NCBI GenBank assembly: GCA_965222075.1
Contig: OZ244937.1
Span: 2,976,001-3,040,000 of the forward strand
DNA length: 64,000 bases
From: Candidatus Latescibacterota bacterium
GTDB taxonomy: Bacteria > Latescibacterota > UBA2968 > GCA-2709665
Reading direction: 5' to 3'
Below, piece by piece: positions 19,429 to 29,264 of the stretch. Position 1 is the stretch's first letter, and each line of letters begins with the position of its first letter. The notes under the pieces were generated by a model that saw nothing but the letters and a program-made list of their open reading frames with translations, was not told the DNA's origin and made no database searches. The position numbers and the translations under genes are program-made.

Positions 19429-19625
19429 AGCAAACCTCCAAGGAAACACCCGGCTCATGCCGGGTAGAGAATCGGCGTTTCGGACCGATGAACCCTTCGG
19501 GTTCACGACTCCAAAACCCTTGACACCTGAACAAATTGATATAATCGTACGGGACGTGCCCCCGGATACGCGACGCAAAGGTCCTCCGGATCCAGCGTTC
19601 CGCTTCAAAAACGCACATCCACCGC

Positions 19626-20318
19626 TCAGCCTATCTCTATCCTCACCACCCACCCCGATGTCGCATCGCAATACAGAAACCCCGTCTCGTAAATCGACAG
19701 CCCGTGCGGCTGCGGGTGGGGCGTCGGCACCTCAATCCGGTCCAGTTCACCCTCCCCTTCCAGGCCGAGCTTCACAACCACGCGGTCCGCCGTATGCACC
19801 ACCCAGATCCCATCCCGGACCCGCACCACCCCGTGCGCGCGTGTATAGGGCAGCGGAATCGTCCGCAGGGACGACCAGTCTGAAATCCGGACCTGTGTCA
19901 GCGTCTGGCTCTTCAGCGTGGACAGCCAGAGCGTCCCCTCCTCATACCGGTCGTACTCCAGCCCGTGCGTGCCCCCTCCCCCCGGCAGCGGATAGCGGTT
20001 CAGCGTCGCTCCCGTCTCCGGGTCCACCTTCAAAATCTCCCCCGACTGCGCATCGGTGGGCCGCTCCCGCCGCCACCGCGCTCCCGTCCCGTTCGCCGCC
20101 AGCCACAGCGCTCCGTCGCCCCACGTCAACCCGCTCGTATTGGACGACTCGGTCGGAACATCCGCCAGCAGCTGTGTCACCCCGTAATCGTTCGCCTCCG
20201 AAATCTCCACCAGCGCGGCCCGGTCGGTCATCTGGTCCACAACCCAGAGCCCGTCGTCGGTCACCTGTAAGCCGTTGGGCAGCGCATAGGGCGCCCGGAA
20301 CAGCGGTTCAATATTCAT
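19626..20318 (-). CDS. Hypothetical beta-propeller-like protein
   Basis: Repeated PNGL/SGLTW/HGL/HGV motifs followed by LW; RBS gaggg. Confidence 0.6.
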   Translation of the reverse strand: MNIEPLFRAPYALPNGLQVTDDGLWVVDQMTDRAALVEISEANDYGVTQLLADVPTESSNTSGLTWGDGALWLAANGTGARWRRERPTDAQSGEILKVDPETGATLNRYPLPGGGGTHGLEYDRYEEGTLWLSTLKSQTLTQVRISDWSSLRTIPLPYTRAHGVVRVRDGIWVVHTADRVVVKLGLEGEGELDRIEVPTPHPQPHGLSIYETGFLYCDATSGWVVRIEIG

Positions 20319-20328
20319 ATCATTTCCC

Positions 20329-21438
20329 TCAACTCGCGGCCCGGGCCGACTCTGCCTTAAAAAGCCTGTATTCCACCCACTCGTGCTCGCACGCCGGCCC
20401 GCACACAAACCACGCCCTCCCCTCCATCGGCGCCAGCACAATCCCGCAGATTGTCTGTCCGCACCCCTCCCCATCGTGCACCTCATTGTGCCGACAGATC
20501 GCGATCGGGTAGTTCACATGGTCGCTGAGCATTCCCTTCAGGGCATCCGCGTCAGGCCGTTCGCACCCCCGCAGCAACCGGGTGGCGCGCCCCCACCGGG
20601 CAATACTCTGCCCGCGCTGGTCCCACGCCCGCCGCTCCAGAGGCTTGAGCCGGTCGGTCAGATAATGGTTCGAATGCGCCATCGGCCCCTCAAAGGGACA
20701 GAGCACCTCCACCTCTCTGGCCGTTGTTTCCAGGTCGTAGACCTCCCCGTGCCGATCGCAGATTACATAGTTCATCCCCGACGCCCGGCGGGTCCCCCCC
20801 ACCGCGTTGAGCGCATCGCCGATCTGCTCCTGCGACAGAATCCGCCGGATCACGAACGGATAGGGCACCCCGGGACCTGCATCGGCCGGAATCAGCTTGT
20901 TGATCACCACCCCGATCCCCGCACTGTTGAGCCCTGCGCACCCCAGCATCCCCGCCGAAGTGTAGACCAGAGCGTCCGGCCCCTCACCCCCTCTCACCTT
21001 CAACAGCACCGCCGCGGGCGCAAAAATCGCCGGCAGATCGTAATTCTGCCCGATCATCGCTCCGTCGGTGCCGCCCGGCGCCATCAGCGTCGTGCACCCC
21101 GCCCCCACAAAGGCCGGGGAAAGGGAATCGAACAGGTCCAAAAAGGCGTTCAGCGCCAGAATCTCCCCAAACGGAACATCCGCCCCCTCGGCGATCCCCC
21201 TTGCCTCTTCCACCAGCCCCGGCGCATACCGCTCCGCCGGCCCGAGGTAGGTCCCGGCAGTCCCCAGCGCCCGTTCCATCGTCACCGGCTCGACGCCGTG
21301 GTCCCGGCTCGTGGCGTCCATATAGTCAAAGTAGGCCGGCAGAAGCGCTCCGATCTCCTCCCGAAACGCCTCCCCGTGCGCCCGCCCCCTCTCCCTCGGC
21401 CCCCCGGACACCTCAAGCAGCGGAAGCCCTGCGTCCAT
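20329..21438 (-). CDS. Peptidase C45 / acyl-CoA:6-APA acyltransferase family
   Basis: ERGRAHG, GCT autoprocessing site, GQNYD, GLNSAG, HSNHY. Confidence 0.88.
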   Translation of the reverse strand: MDAGLPLLEVSGGPRERGRAHGEAFREEIGALLPAYFDYMDATSRDHGVEPVTMERALGTAGTYLGPAERYAPGLVEEARGIAEGADVPFGEILALNAFLDLFDSLSPAFVGAGCTTLMAPGGTDGAMIGQNYDLPAIFAPAAVLLKVRGGEGPDALVYTSAGMLGCAGLNSAGIGVVINKLIPADAGPGVPYPFVIRRILSQEQIGDALNAVGGTRRASGMNYVICDRHGEVYDLETTAREVEVLCPFEGPMAHSNHYLTDRLKPLERRAWDQRGQSIARWGRATRLLRGCERPDADALKGMLSDHVNYPIAICRHNEVHDGEGCGQTICGIVLAPMEGRAWFVCGPACEHEWVEYRLFKAESARAAS

Positions 21439-21457
21439 ATCTACCTCCCTCCGAAAC

Positions 21458-22339
21458 TCACACTCGCACAAACTTCTGCAACCGCTGTCCTTGATCCTCC
21501 ATCCCGATCTCCGCCACGTAGATGCTCCCCTCGTCGTCCACGCAGATCCCGTGCGGCGACTGCACCTCCCGCTCCCCTTCAAACCGGCAGAGCCGCTCCC
21601 CCTCCGGCGACCAGGCGCTGATGCGTCCACCCGCCCCCTGTTCGGCCACATAGATCGTGTTGTCGTTTGTAATCCACACATCCCCCGGTGCGGCCACATC
21701 CGTCCACGCCTCCATAAACACCCCCTCCGGATCGAAAATCTGGATCCGATCGTTCTCCCGGTCGCAGACCAGCACCCGGCCCGTCTTGTCGCACCCGATA
21801 TTGTGCACCACCGCAAACTGGCCTGGCTCGCTGCCCGCCTCGCCCCACGACAGCAGGTGCTCCCCCTCCTTCGAGTACCTGTGCACACGTCGGTTGCCGT
21901 ACCCGTCCGACACGTAGAACGACGCTCCGTCCGGAGCAAACGCGACCCCGGTCGGCATGTTGTACTCGCGGCCGTAGAACGTCACCCCGGGCACCCCCGG
22001 TGCCCCCCACTCCCGTTCCATCTCGCCCAGCAGCGTGTACCGGCGCACCACATGCTGGTATGCATCGGTCAGATAGACCCCATCGTCCGGCCCGATAAAA
22101 ATCCCGTGCGACTGGCTCACCAGGTGCGGAGAGATACCGAACTCCCCGTAGCCCCACGACGTCACGAAATTCCCTTCCTTATCGAACACGACAATCGGAT
22201 GCTTCCCCCGGGTAAACGCATAGATGCGCCCCCGGGAATCGACCGCCGCATCCGACACCTGCGTAAACACCCACCCCTCGGGCAGCCTCGCCCACCCCTC
22301 TACCACTTCATACTTGTAGTCTCCCTCCCCCAGAACCAT
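21458..22339 (-). CDS. NHL-repeat protein (PAL-like)
   Basis: YVSDGYGNRRV, GSEPGQF..VH, DRENDRIQIF, PHGI. Confidence 0.88.
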   Translation of the reverse strand: MVLGEGDYKYEVVEGWARLPEGWVFTQVSDAAVDSRGRIYAFTRGKHPIVVFDKEGNFVTSWGYGEFGISPHLVSQSHGIFIGPDDGVYLTDAYQHVVRRYTLLGEMEREWGAPGVPGVTFYGREYNMPTGVAFAPDGASFYVSDGYGNRRVHRYSKEGEHLLSWGEAGSEPGQFAVVHNIGCDKTGRVLVCDRENDRIQIFDPEGVFMEAWTDVAAPGDVWITNDNTIYVAEQGAGGRISAWSPEGERLCRFEGEREVQSPHGICVDDEGSIYVAEIGMEDQGQRLQKFVRV

Positions 22340-22364
22340 ATCATACCTCCTTGAGGGCTACTTT

Positions 22365-23783
22365 CTACCCCTCGTCTTCTTCGCCTTCTTCACCCTTCGC
22401 ATCCCTGGCCTGCAGCCGTTCCGCCGTCTTCACCGACCCGATGTAGAGTCCGTTATAAGCCGCTTCCGAGCTGGAAAAAGGCCCCTGGCCCTCCTTCCCG
22501 TGCCACTGCAGGTTCGTAACCATCGGATTCCTCTTCCCCGTCTCCTTTTCCCGCCGGGCGATCCAGGCCTCCATCCGATCCTTCAGCATCCGCACCACCT
22601 CCGGCTCCTTCCCGGCCAGGTTCACATTCTCCCCCGGGTCCTCCACCAGATTGTAAAGCTCCACCTCCGGCTTGAAATGAAAATCCGGCTCTAAGGCCAC
22701 AATCAACTTCCACGCCGGCGTCCGCCACCCGTGCTTCCGCATCCAGGTCGCCTCCGTAATGTAGAATTCCGGCGAATGGGACGCTCGCCGGCCCCGGATC
22801 AACGGCATCAGGCTTCGGCCGTCGAACCGGATCTTCGTCTTCACCCCCAGCAGCTCCAGGATCGTGGGCGCCAGATCCTGGTGCGTCGTATACCCCCCCA
22901 CCCGCGCCCCCTCCGGCAGCCGTCCGGGCAGCCGGAGAATCAACGGCACATACAGGGTGCAGTCGTAGATCCCGTGGTGGTCGAAATAACACTCGTGGTC
23001 CATCAGCGTCTCGCCGTGGTCCCCATTGAACACCACCAGCGTATCCTCGGCCAGCCCCAGCTCGTCCAGCCGCGTCAGAATCCGCTGGATGCAGGCGTCC
23101 ATATAGGCAACTTCGCCGTCGTACTGCGCAATCACGTAATCCGCATCCGTAATCCCCGGTGGCATCCAGCTTGCAAAAAAATCCCGAAACGGCTTGAACC
23201 GCATCACCGGCTCCATCGACGCCTTCGCTGGATCGCACGGATCGCCGCTGTAAAACATCGTGTCATAAGGCGGTGGCGGAAGATAGGGCGCGTGGGGGTC
23301 CATATGTCTCAGGAAAAGGGAAAAGGGCCGATCGTCCTTTGCCAGACACTCCAGCTCCGGAATCGTCACCTCGTTCAACCCCTCCGCCTTGCGCAGCGGC
23401 CGCTCCTGCCAGCTCCCCCACTGCGGGTAGTCCAGATACGTGTCGAACCCTCGCGAACTCGGATTCCCCGTAAACCCCACGCAGGTCGTGTTGTACCCCG
23501 CCTCCCGCAGAATCTCCGGCAGCGAGGCCATATCCCCCCTTAATCCCCCCCTGTGTCGCAGCGCCACCACCTGCGTCGAAAAGCAGTCCATCCCGGTCAG
23601 CATCGACGCGTACGCCGACGTGGTCGGGATATGGGGGCTGTAATTCCGCTCGAACAGCACCCCCTGGGTCGCCAGCCGGTCAATATGCGGCGTTGTCAAC
23701 CGCCCGTACCCGTAACAGCTCATATGGTCGGCCCGGAGGCTGTCCACCCCGAACAACACCAGATTCCGCTTCCGCCTGGCCAT
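22365..23783 (-). CDS. Sulfatase-like hydrolase (alkaline phosphatase superfamily)
   Basis: DSLRADH, DPHAPY, YDGEV, GDHGE, DHHG, ELYNL..DPGE. Confidence 0.9.
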   Translation of the reverse strand: MARRKRNLVLFGVDSLRADHMSCYGYGRLTTPHIDRLATQGVLFERNYSPHIPTTSAYASMLTGMDCFSTQVVALRHRGGLRGDMASLPEILREAGYNTTCVGFTGNPSSRGFDTYLDYPQWGSWQERPLRKAEGLNEVTIPELECLAKDDRPFSLFLRHMDPHAPYLPPPPYDTMFYSGDPCDPAKASMEPVMRFKPFRDFFASWMPPGITDADYVIAQYDGEVAYMDACIQRILTRLDELGLAEDTLVVFNGDHGETLMDHECYFDHHGIYDCTLYVPLILRLPGRLPEGARVGGYTTHQDLAPTILELLGVKTKIRFDGRSLMPLIRGRRASHSPEFYITEATWMRKHGWRTPAWKLIVALEPDFHFKPEVELYNLVEDPGENVNLAGKEPEVVRMLKDRMEAWIARREKETGKRNPMVTNLQWHGKEGQGPFSSSEAAYNGLYIGSVKTAERLQARDAKGEEGEEDEG

Positions 23784-23863
23784 CGAACCTCCTTCAAAGT
23801 CAGTTCCAGGTTCCAGCTGTCTCTGACTTCAACCTGGAACCTGGAACACGTTCTTGCCTCTAC

Positions 23864-24958
23864 TCACCCCTGAATCAACGGCAACCTCACCGGCTTCTTC
23901 GTCTCATAACACGCAAGCGCGGCAAACACAATCTCGTGACTCACAATCGCATCTTCCAGGTTGCAGTGCGACTCCTTCTTCTCCAGAATACAGTCCACAA
24001 AATGGTCCATCTGTCCCTGGAAGGGGTGGTGCGTCACATCCGCGCTGTCCGGGAGAATCGCCGGGATCTCCACCCAGCTGTTCTGGCCCGGATACTTGTG
24101 CGACCAGACCCGGTTGTCCTTGACCGTTCCCTTGTCCCCGAAAATCTCCACCGGGAAGGTATACGGCATAACACACCCGTAATTTACCGAAACCTTTCCG
24201 ATTGCGCCGTTAGAAAACTTCACCAGAGCCACCTCTAAGTCTTCGTACTCCAGCGGCTTGCTGGCCACCCATTTATTGGCCAGATAGTTGAACTCCTTTG
24301 TCAACCCCTTTCGGTAGCCGCCCGAATAGGCGAACACCTCCACCGGCTTTGCCGCCTCGAACTCCCCCCGTCCGGCAAACCAGCGCAACGAGTCAATGGC
24401 GTGACACCCTCCCGTCAAAAACGCGCTGACCCCCGTCTGCTTCTTCCGCGCCTCCTCCCAACCCGTCCACCAACTCGCGATATCGTGCTGGTAATCGGTC
24501 TCCACATAGTAGACATCCCCCAGCGCATCGTCGGCAACCATCGCCTTGATCGTCTCAAACAGCGGGTTCCACCTCAATACAAAACTGACAATGGTCCGCA
24601 CCTTCGCCTGCCGCACCGCCCGCCGCATCGCCTTCATCTCATCCAGGCTGTTGGCGATCGGTTTCTCAATCACAATATGTTTTCCCGCCTCTGCCGCCGC
24701 GATCGTATTCTCTGCGTGAAAACGCTGGGGCGTACACACCGAAACAATATCCACCCCCTCATGCTCCAATGCCTTCTCATAATTATTGTACAGCCCGATC
24801 CCCTCCAGCCCCGCCTCCTCCGCCCGCGCCCTGGCGCTCGCCAGCTTCCGGCTTGAAACCGCCACCACCTCGGTGTGCGGATTGTTGTGAAACGCCATAA
24901 TATGCTGCGTTGACACCCACCCTGCGCCGTGAACCAGTACGCCCAGTTTCTTTGCCAT
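23864..24958 (-). CDS. Gfo/Idh/MocA oxidoreductase
   Basis: GAGWVS, AGKHIVIEKP, GGCHAID. Confidence 0.92.
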   Translation of the reverse strand: MAKKLGVLVHGAGWVSTQHIMAFHNNPHTEVVAVSSRKLASARARAEEAGLEGIGLYNNYEKALEHEGVDIVSVCTPQRFHAENTIAAAEAGKHIVIEKPIANSLDEMKAMRRAVRQAKVRTIVSFVLRWNPLFETIKAMVADDALGDVYYVETDYQHDIASWWTGWEEARKKQTGVSAFLTGGCHAIDSLRWFAGRGEFEAAKPVEVFAYSGGYRKGLTKEFNYLANKWVASKPLEYEDLEVALVKFSNGAIGKVSVNYGCVMPYTFPVEIFGDKGTVKDNRVWSHKYPGQNSWVEIPAILPDSADVTHHPFQGQMDHFVDCILEKKESHCNLEDAIVSHEIVFAALACYETKKPVRLPLIQG

Positions 24959-25012
24959 CCTTCCCTCCTTTAACTCAAACTTGGAACGTGGAACCTGAAA
25001 CCTGGAACTTTC

Positions 25013-25185
25013 TTACAACCGCGACTGATCAAACAGCGGCACTTCTGTAAACGCTGCGTCCCCTACTTCCAGAGACCCCCGCGTCAACTCCCGGTTTTTC
25101 TCGATATAATCCATAAGCTTCTCGTGATACTCGGCCGCAACATCCGGATGCTCGGCCACCACGTTGTGCAGCTCGTCGGGATCGC
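25013..25185 (-). pseudogene. C-terminal remnant of a sulfatase
   Basis: DPDELHNVVAEHPDVAAEYHEKL with no N-terminal part; begins just after the stop of the upstream gene. Confidence 0.6.
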
Positions 25186-25190
25186 CCCTC

Positions 25191-26009
25191 TCAGAACGCT
25201 TCCACGATTCCCCGAAACCCCTCCGCATACTGCCCCAGCACCCCGTCCACATCGTGCTCGCTGCCGGGCCTGTGGATCACCTCCACCGAAAAGTACCCGT
25301 CGAACCCCGCCTCGTTCAGCAGGCGCAGCGGCGTTGCATGGTCAATCGTACCCTCTCCCAGCCCCACATTGGTCATTCGCGACTCCGGCGTCTCGTAGCG
25401 CCCGTCGTGCGCGTGCAAATGCGCCGTCAGATGCCCGATGGTCTGAAACGTCTCCTGCGGCCGCTCCATAAACCGCTGCGTGTGCATCAGGTCCCACAGC
25501 ACCCGCAAATGCGGGTGGTTCACCCGCTCCACCACCTCCCGGACCTGCGTGGACACGCACCACTCATCGTGCGTCTCCATCAACACCCTCACCCCCTTCT
25601 CCACGGCCCGGTCCATCACCCGCTGGTAGGCCTCGGCCGTCCGGTGCACGATTCCGTGCAGCTCGCCGCTTCCCCGGGGGCCGCCAAACGTCCGGATACA
25701 CGACGCCCCCAGGTCCGCAGCCAGATCGATCCCCGCCACCGCCTCCTCGATCGACGTCTCCAACTCCTCCGGATCGGGCGTGGCAAACCGGGCGCCGGTC
25801 GCCACACAGCAAATCGCCAGCCCCTCCTTCTCAAACCGCTCCCGCACGGCCCTGCGCATGTCCGCCGGCATCTCCGGCTCGATCCCCGCTGCATGCCCCC
25901 AGCCGATGCGCGGCTCCAGCCCCTGGTACCCGTGGCGTTTCATGCCCTCAACAACCTGATCCAGGCTCCAATCCGGACAAACGCTCGTCATCGTCGCCAG
26001 CTTGACCAT
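25191..26009 (-). CDS. Sugar phosphate isomerase/epimerase (xylose isomerase-like TIM barrel)
   Basis: METHD, WDLMH, HLHAHD, GEG.ID, SVE metal ligands. Confidence 0.88.
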   Translation of the reverse strand: MVKLATMTSVCPDWSLDQVVEGMKRHGYQGLEPRIGWGHAAGIEPEMPADMRRAVRERFEKEGLAICCVATGARFATPDPEELETSIEEAVAGIDLAADLGASCIRTFGGPRGSGELHGIVHRTAEAYQRVMDRAVEKGVRVLMETHDEWCVSTQVREVVERVNHPHLRVLWDLMHTQRFMERPQETFQTIGHLTAHLHAHDGRYETPESRMTNVGLGEGTIDHATPLRLLNEAGFDGYFSVEVIHRPGSEHDVDGVLGQYAEGFRGIVEAF

Positions 26010-26147
26010 CCCGCCCTCCTTTCACAATACCCACCCTGACCGCTTCAAAAGATAACCATAACCTAATACGATCTTTCACCAATCGCAAGCAGAATTCACA
26101 ACGCCGAATCCTGGGTTCACCCCCTCAATCCACGACCCGAAACAGAA

Positions 26148-26176
26148 TTGACATCCCACCCCACGAACCCTATCTT
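26148..26176 (+). promoter_or_regulatory. Sigma70-type promoter of manA
   Basis: TTGACA-17 bp-TATCTT. Confidence 0.6.
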
Positions 26177-26233
26177 CTAACCCATCGCCCACCCCCGCTT
26201 TTCAATCCTCAATCCCTCTTCAAGGAGCCCTCC

Positions 26234-27220
26234 ATGCTCCCTGCCCTCCTCCCCATGCGCCCTTACCTTCGGGAAATGATCTGGGGAGGCCGCGGTCTCC
26301 AGCTCCATTACAACAAACCTCTACCGCCCGGCAAATCCATCGGCGAATCCTGGGAAGTCTCCGCCTATCCGGACATGGAAAGCACGGTCGCCGCCGGCCC
26401 TCTCGCAGGTCAACCTCTTCGCCAACTCGTAGAAATTCACGGTCATGAGCTTCTTGGCAGGACGGTTTACAACCGTTACGATGGCGAGTTTCCCCTGCTC
26501 GTCAAACTGCTGGACGCGCAGAAGGATCTCTCCATTCAGGTGCATCCGGACGACGCTTATGCCCGAATGAAAAACATCGGCAATTTTGGAAAAATGGAAG
26601 CCTGGTACGTCCTCCACTCAGACAACGGCCAAATCGCCTGTGGCCTGAAAGACGGCGTTGACAAACCCGCCTTTGTCGAAGCCATTCGCAACAACCGCGT
26701 CGAAGACGCCGTTCAGTTCTTCACCGCCCGTCCCGGCGACGTCATCTTTATCCCGCCCGGCACCGTCCACGCCCTCTGCAGGGGTGTGATGGTCTACGAA
26801 GTCCAGCAGTCCAGTGACCTCACCTTCCGGATCTACGACTACAACCGCCCCGGATCGGATGGAAAACCCCGGGAATTGCATATCGAAAACGCACTGGAGG
26901 TTATCACCTTCGGCGAATCCAGCCGTGCACCCGTTTCGTGGTGCGACCTGCCGGGGGCGACGTCCAACCACACCCTCCTCATTGAATCCGAACATTTCCG
27001 CCTGGAACGCTGCAATCCGCCCGAACGCAAAACCGAACATTCAGCCTATCCTTCGCTCGCCGCGGTCACCTTTCTTGAAGGAAACGCCGAAATCACCAGC
27101 GCGCGGGAATCCTATCCTGGGAAAAAAGGCGACACGTTTCTTATCCGCGCGGGCCGCCCTTTCCAGGTTCTCCATCGGGACGGCCTCCACCCCGAATACC
27201 TCATCTCCTCGATTCCCTGA
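26234..27220 (+). CDS. manA: Mannose-6-phosphate isomerase, class I
   Basis: IWGG, GESWE, FPLLVKLLDA, LSIQVHPDD, GTVHAL, EVQQSSDLTFRIYDY. Confidence 0.92.
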   Translation: MLPALLPMRPYLREMIWGGRGLQLHYNKPLPPGKSIGESWEVSAYPDMESTVAAGPLAGQPLRQLVEIHGHELLGRTVYNRYDGEFPLLVKLLDAQKDLSIQVHPDDAYARMKNIGNFGKMEAWYVLHSDNGQIACGLKDGVDKPAFVEAIRNNRVEDAVQFFTARPGDVIFIPPGTVHALCRGVMVYEVQQSSDLTFRIYDYNRPGSDGKPRELHIENALEVITFGESSRAPVSWCDLPGATSNHTLLIESEHFRLERCNPPERKTEHSAYPSLAAVTFLEGNAEITSARESYPGKKGDTFLIRAGRPFQVLHRDGLHPEYLISSIP

Positions 27221-27417
27221 ACAACCGCGGCGCTGGAAAAAACGAAGCCCCGGAGAAGCGAATCCCCAGGGCTTTCTTGTGTGGGTTACAATTGCCAACA
27301 GCGATGGATCAGGCGTCCTGGTCCTGACCGTTTCCCCTCTCATCGGTAGCCTTTGGACGCTGCATCGTTCGTTCCACCTGGTCGGCCAAGCCGCCGTAAA
27401 CGGCCGGGGCGGGTGTC

Positions 27418-28101
27418 TCACCAGCACCCTGTCCACTTGCCCGTTACCCTTGCCAATTCCTCCATCACGGGTTCATCGGTGTTTCGCCGCTTCAGCACCC
27501 TGAATCCGTGATCTGCCGTATCCACCACATGAAGCGTCGCGTGCTTCAGCTTCTTCACCACCGGCTCCAACAGGTTCAAATCCGCCATCTTATCCCGCTG
27601 TCCGGACAAAAACAGCATCGGCACTGCCACATCCTTCAAATGCTCAGCGCGCTTTGTATTCGGTTTGCCCGCGTGAAGCGGAAATGCAAAAAACACAATA
27701 CCCTTCAGTCCGTCTATGGGTTCCTGAGCAGAGGCCATGGATACCATGCGTCCGCTCATGGAATGCCCACCGGCAAACACCGGCAATCCCCGCGCCTGTT
27801 TCATCGCCGTTGCGATTGCCGCACGCACGGTTGCCAACCGCACCTTCTCACCGTCCATCCCACCGCCCTTTTCAGAATAGGGATAGTTAAAACAAAACGT
27901 CGCCAGACCCACGTTGTTCAACGCATCGCTCAGTTCCTGCATAAATTGATGTCGCATATTCGTGCCCGCTCCGTGACCCAACACCAATAATGCCTTTGCC
28001 CCACGCGGTCGCGCGTACAGTGCCGACACCTCACCCTTTTCCTCTGTCGCCAGAAATTTCAACCCCACGGGTTCAACGGCCACTTTCTTCCCTTCCTCCA
28101 T
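27418..28101 (-). CDS. Alpha/beta hydrolase family protein
   Basis: HGAG, GGHSMSGR nucleophile elbow, FPLH, G.RD, ADH. Confidence 0.85.
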   Translation of the reverse strand: MEEGKKVAVEPVGLKFLATEEKGEVSALYARPRGAKALLVLGHGAGTNMRHQFMQELSDALNNVGLATFCFNYPYSEKGGGMDGEKVRLATVRAAIATAMKQARGLPVFAGGHSMSGRMVSMASAQEPIDGLKGIVFFAFPLHAGKPNTKRAEHLKDVAVPMLFLSGQRDKMADLNLLEPVVKKLKHATLHVVDTADHGFRVLKRRNTDEPVMEELARVTGKWTGCW

Positions 28102-28134
28102 GGTGCAGCGTGTCACAAAGGGGGCTTCCGTAAT

Positions 28135-28159
28135 GGGCGATCACAAGGATCGCCCCTAC
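28135..28159. repeat. GTAG-type REP element
   Basis: gggcgatcacaaggatcgcccctac hairpin; related copy at 63727-63751. Confidence 0.7.
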
Positions 28160-28185
28160 CGACCCCTGACCCCTGATTTCTGACC

Positions 28186-28316
28186 CCTCTGCATCCTCGC
28201 CCACGAATCCCGCAGCGTAATCGTCCGGTTGAATACCGGCTTCTCCGCCGACGAATCGGGATCCACGCAAAAATACCCCAACCGCTCGAACTGGTACACG
28301 GTTCCTGGAGCTGCGC
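28186..28316 (-). pseudogene. Duplicated 3' end of glnS
   Basis: 131 bp with 9 mismatches against 30645-30775; encodes [20 protein letters not shown]...[10 protein letters not shown]. Confidence 0.9.
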
Positions 28317-28332
28317 GCCTCCCGCGCTTCGG

Positions 28333-28458
28333 TGCGGGGTGAAGGGGCTTTTCCGCGCAGATCCCTCCAGCACCACCGCCCAAAAACGCCCAAAAGGTCC
28401 GCTGGGCACAAACGCCTGCTTCCACCACAGGGGCAGTTCGCGGAAAAGCAGCCCCCGC
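28333..28458. repeat. About 126-bp MITE-like repeat, copy 1
   Basis: Inverted ends gcttttccgcg / cgcggaaaagc; second copy at 63797-63923. Confidence 0.8.
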
Positions 28459-28900
28459 GGCGTCTGAGCGGCGCCCTTCTTTTTCGGCCTTTTTCTTGGG
28501 CGTGCAAGAAAAAGGCCAAGAGCAAAAGAATGGGATGAAAGGAAGCCGACCCGCTCTTATTTTTCAAGCAGTTTCTGAGAAATCCCCGGCGTACCGCAAA
28601 ACTGTTGACAAATCATCACAGGCGTAATTCAGATTCACACGTAGTCCGTAAAAACAACATCCTTCCGAAGCATCGCCTGTCGTCACCAGAGACAGTCCCG
28701 TTTCAGGAGAATCTCCATAACCAGTTGAAGGTGTTGAAAATACATCCTTCCATACCCAGCTGCCTTTCTCTCACCAGCAGAAACCAGACAGCCTTGATCC
28801 TCCTGGCACGCTTCTTGACGGACTCTTCTGACGGATATCCCGACAAACGGAGGTGCCAGATGCGGTATGCAAATTGAACCACCAGGCTCCCTCCTGTTGC

Positions 28901-29257
28901 TTACTCGTTGCTGTGATGGTGATGGTCATCGTCGTTGTTGCCGGATACGTATTCCGCTGTTCTGGCGTCGACTTGCTCCTGTGTGATCAGGCCTTTTCTT
29001 ACGGCCAGGGTCTCCAGAGAAGCGATCCATCGAGCATAGTAGCTCGATGGGTCTTTTTTGTTCTCGGCAGCGGCAATTATCGACGCCAGCGCGGCGCTGA
29101 ATTCATGCCATTCGTAGAGGCCTTGTTCGCTGAGTACGACCGCAAGACCGAAAGCGCGGGCCTCCCACGGTGCCTGAAAAACCAGCGCTCCGTTTTCTCT
29201 GGGCAGGGCGATGCCGGTTTCCATCATGGAGATTTGCCCGCCGGGCTCTGGAGTCAC
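28901..29257 (-). CDS. Nitrile hydratase accessory protein (start uncertain)
   Basis: VFQAPWEARAF, YYARW..LE, His-rich C-terminus; follows the alpha subunit. Confidence 0.85.
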   Translation of the reverse strand: MTPEPGGQISMMETGIALPRENGALVFQAPWEARAFGLAVVLSEQGLYEWHEFSAALASIIAAAENKKDPSSYYARWIASLETLAVRKGLITQEQVDARTAEYVSGNNDDDHHHHSNE

Positions 29258-29264
29258 GCCGGCC

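Noticed and set aside
19457-23543. Long + strand ORFs (19457-20512, 20383-21621, 21491-22354, 22731-23543)
   Set aside because: They are antisense shadows of well-supported minus-strand genes in GC-rich DNA, with Pro/Arg-rich composition and no motifs.
28605-28877. 90-aa + strand ORF beside the NHase cluster
   Set aside because: TTG start, no RBS or motif; probably non-coding or remnant DNA.
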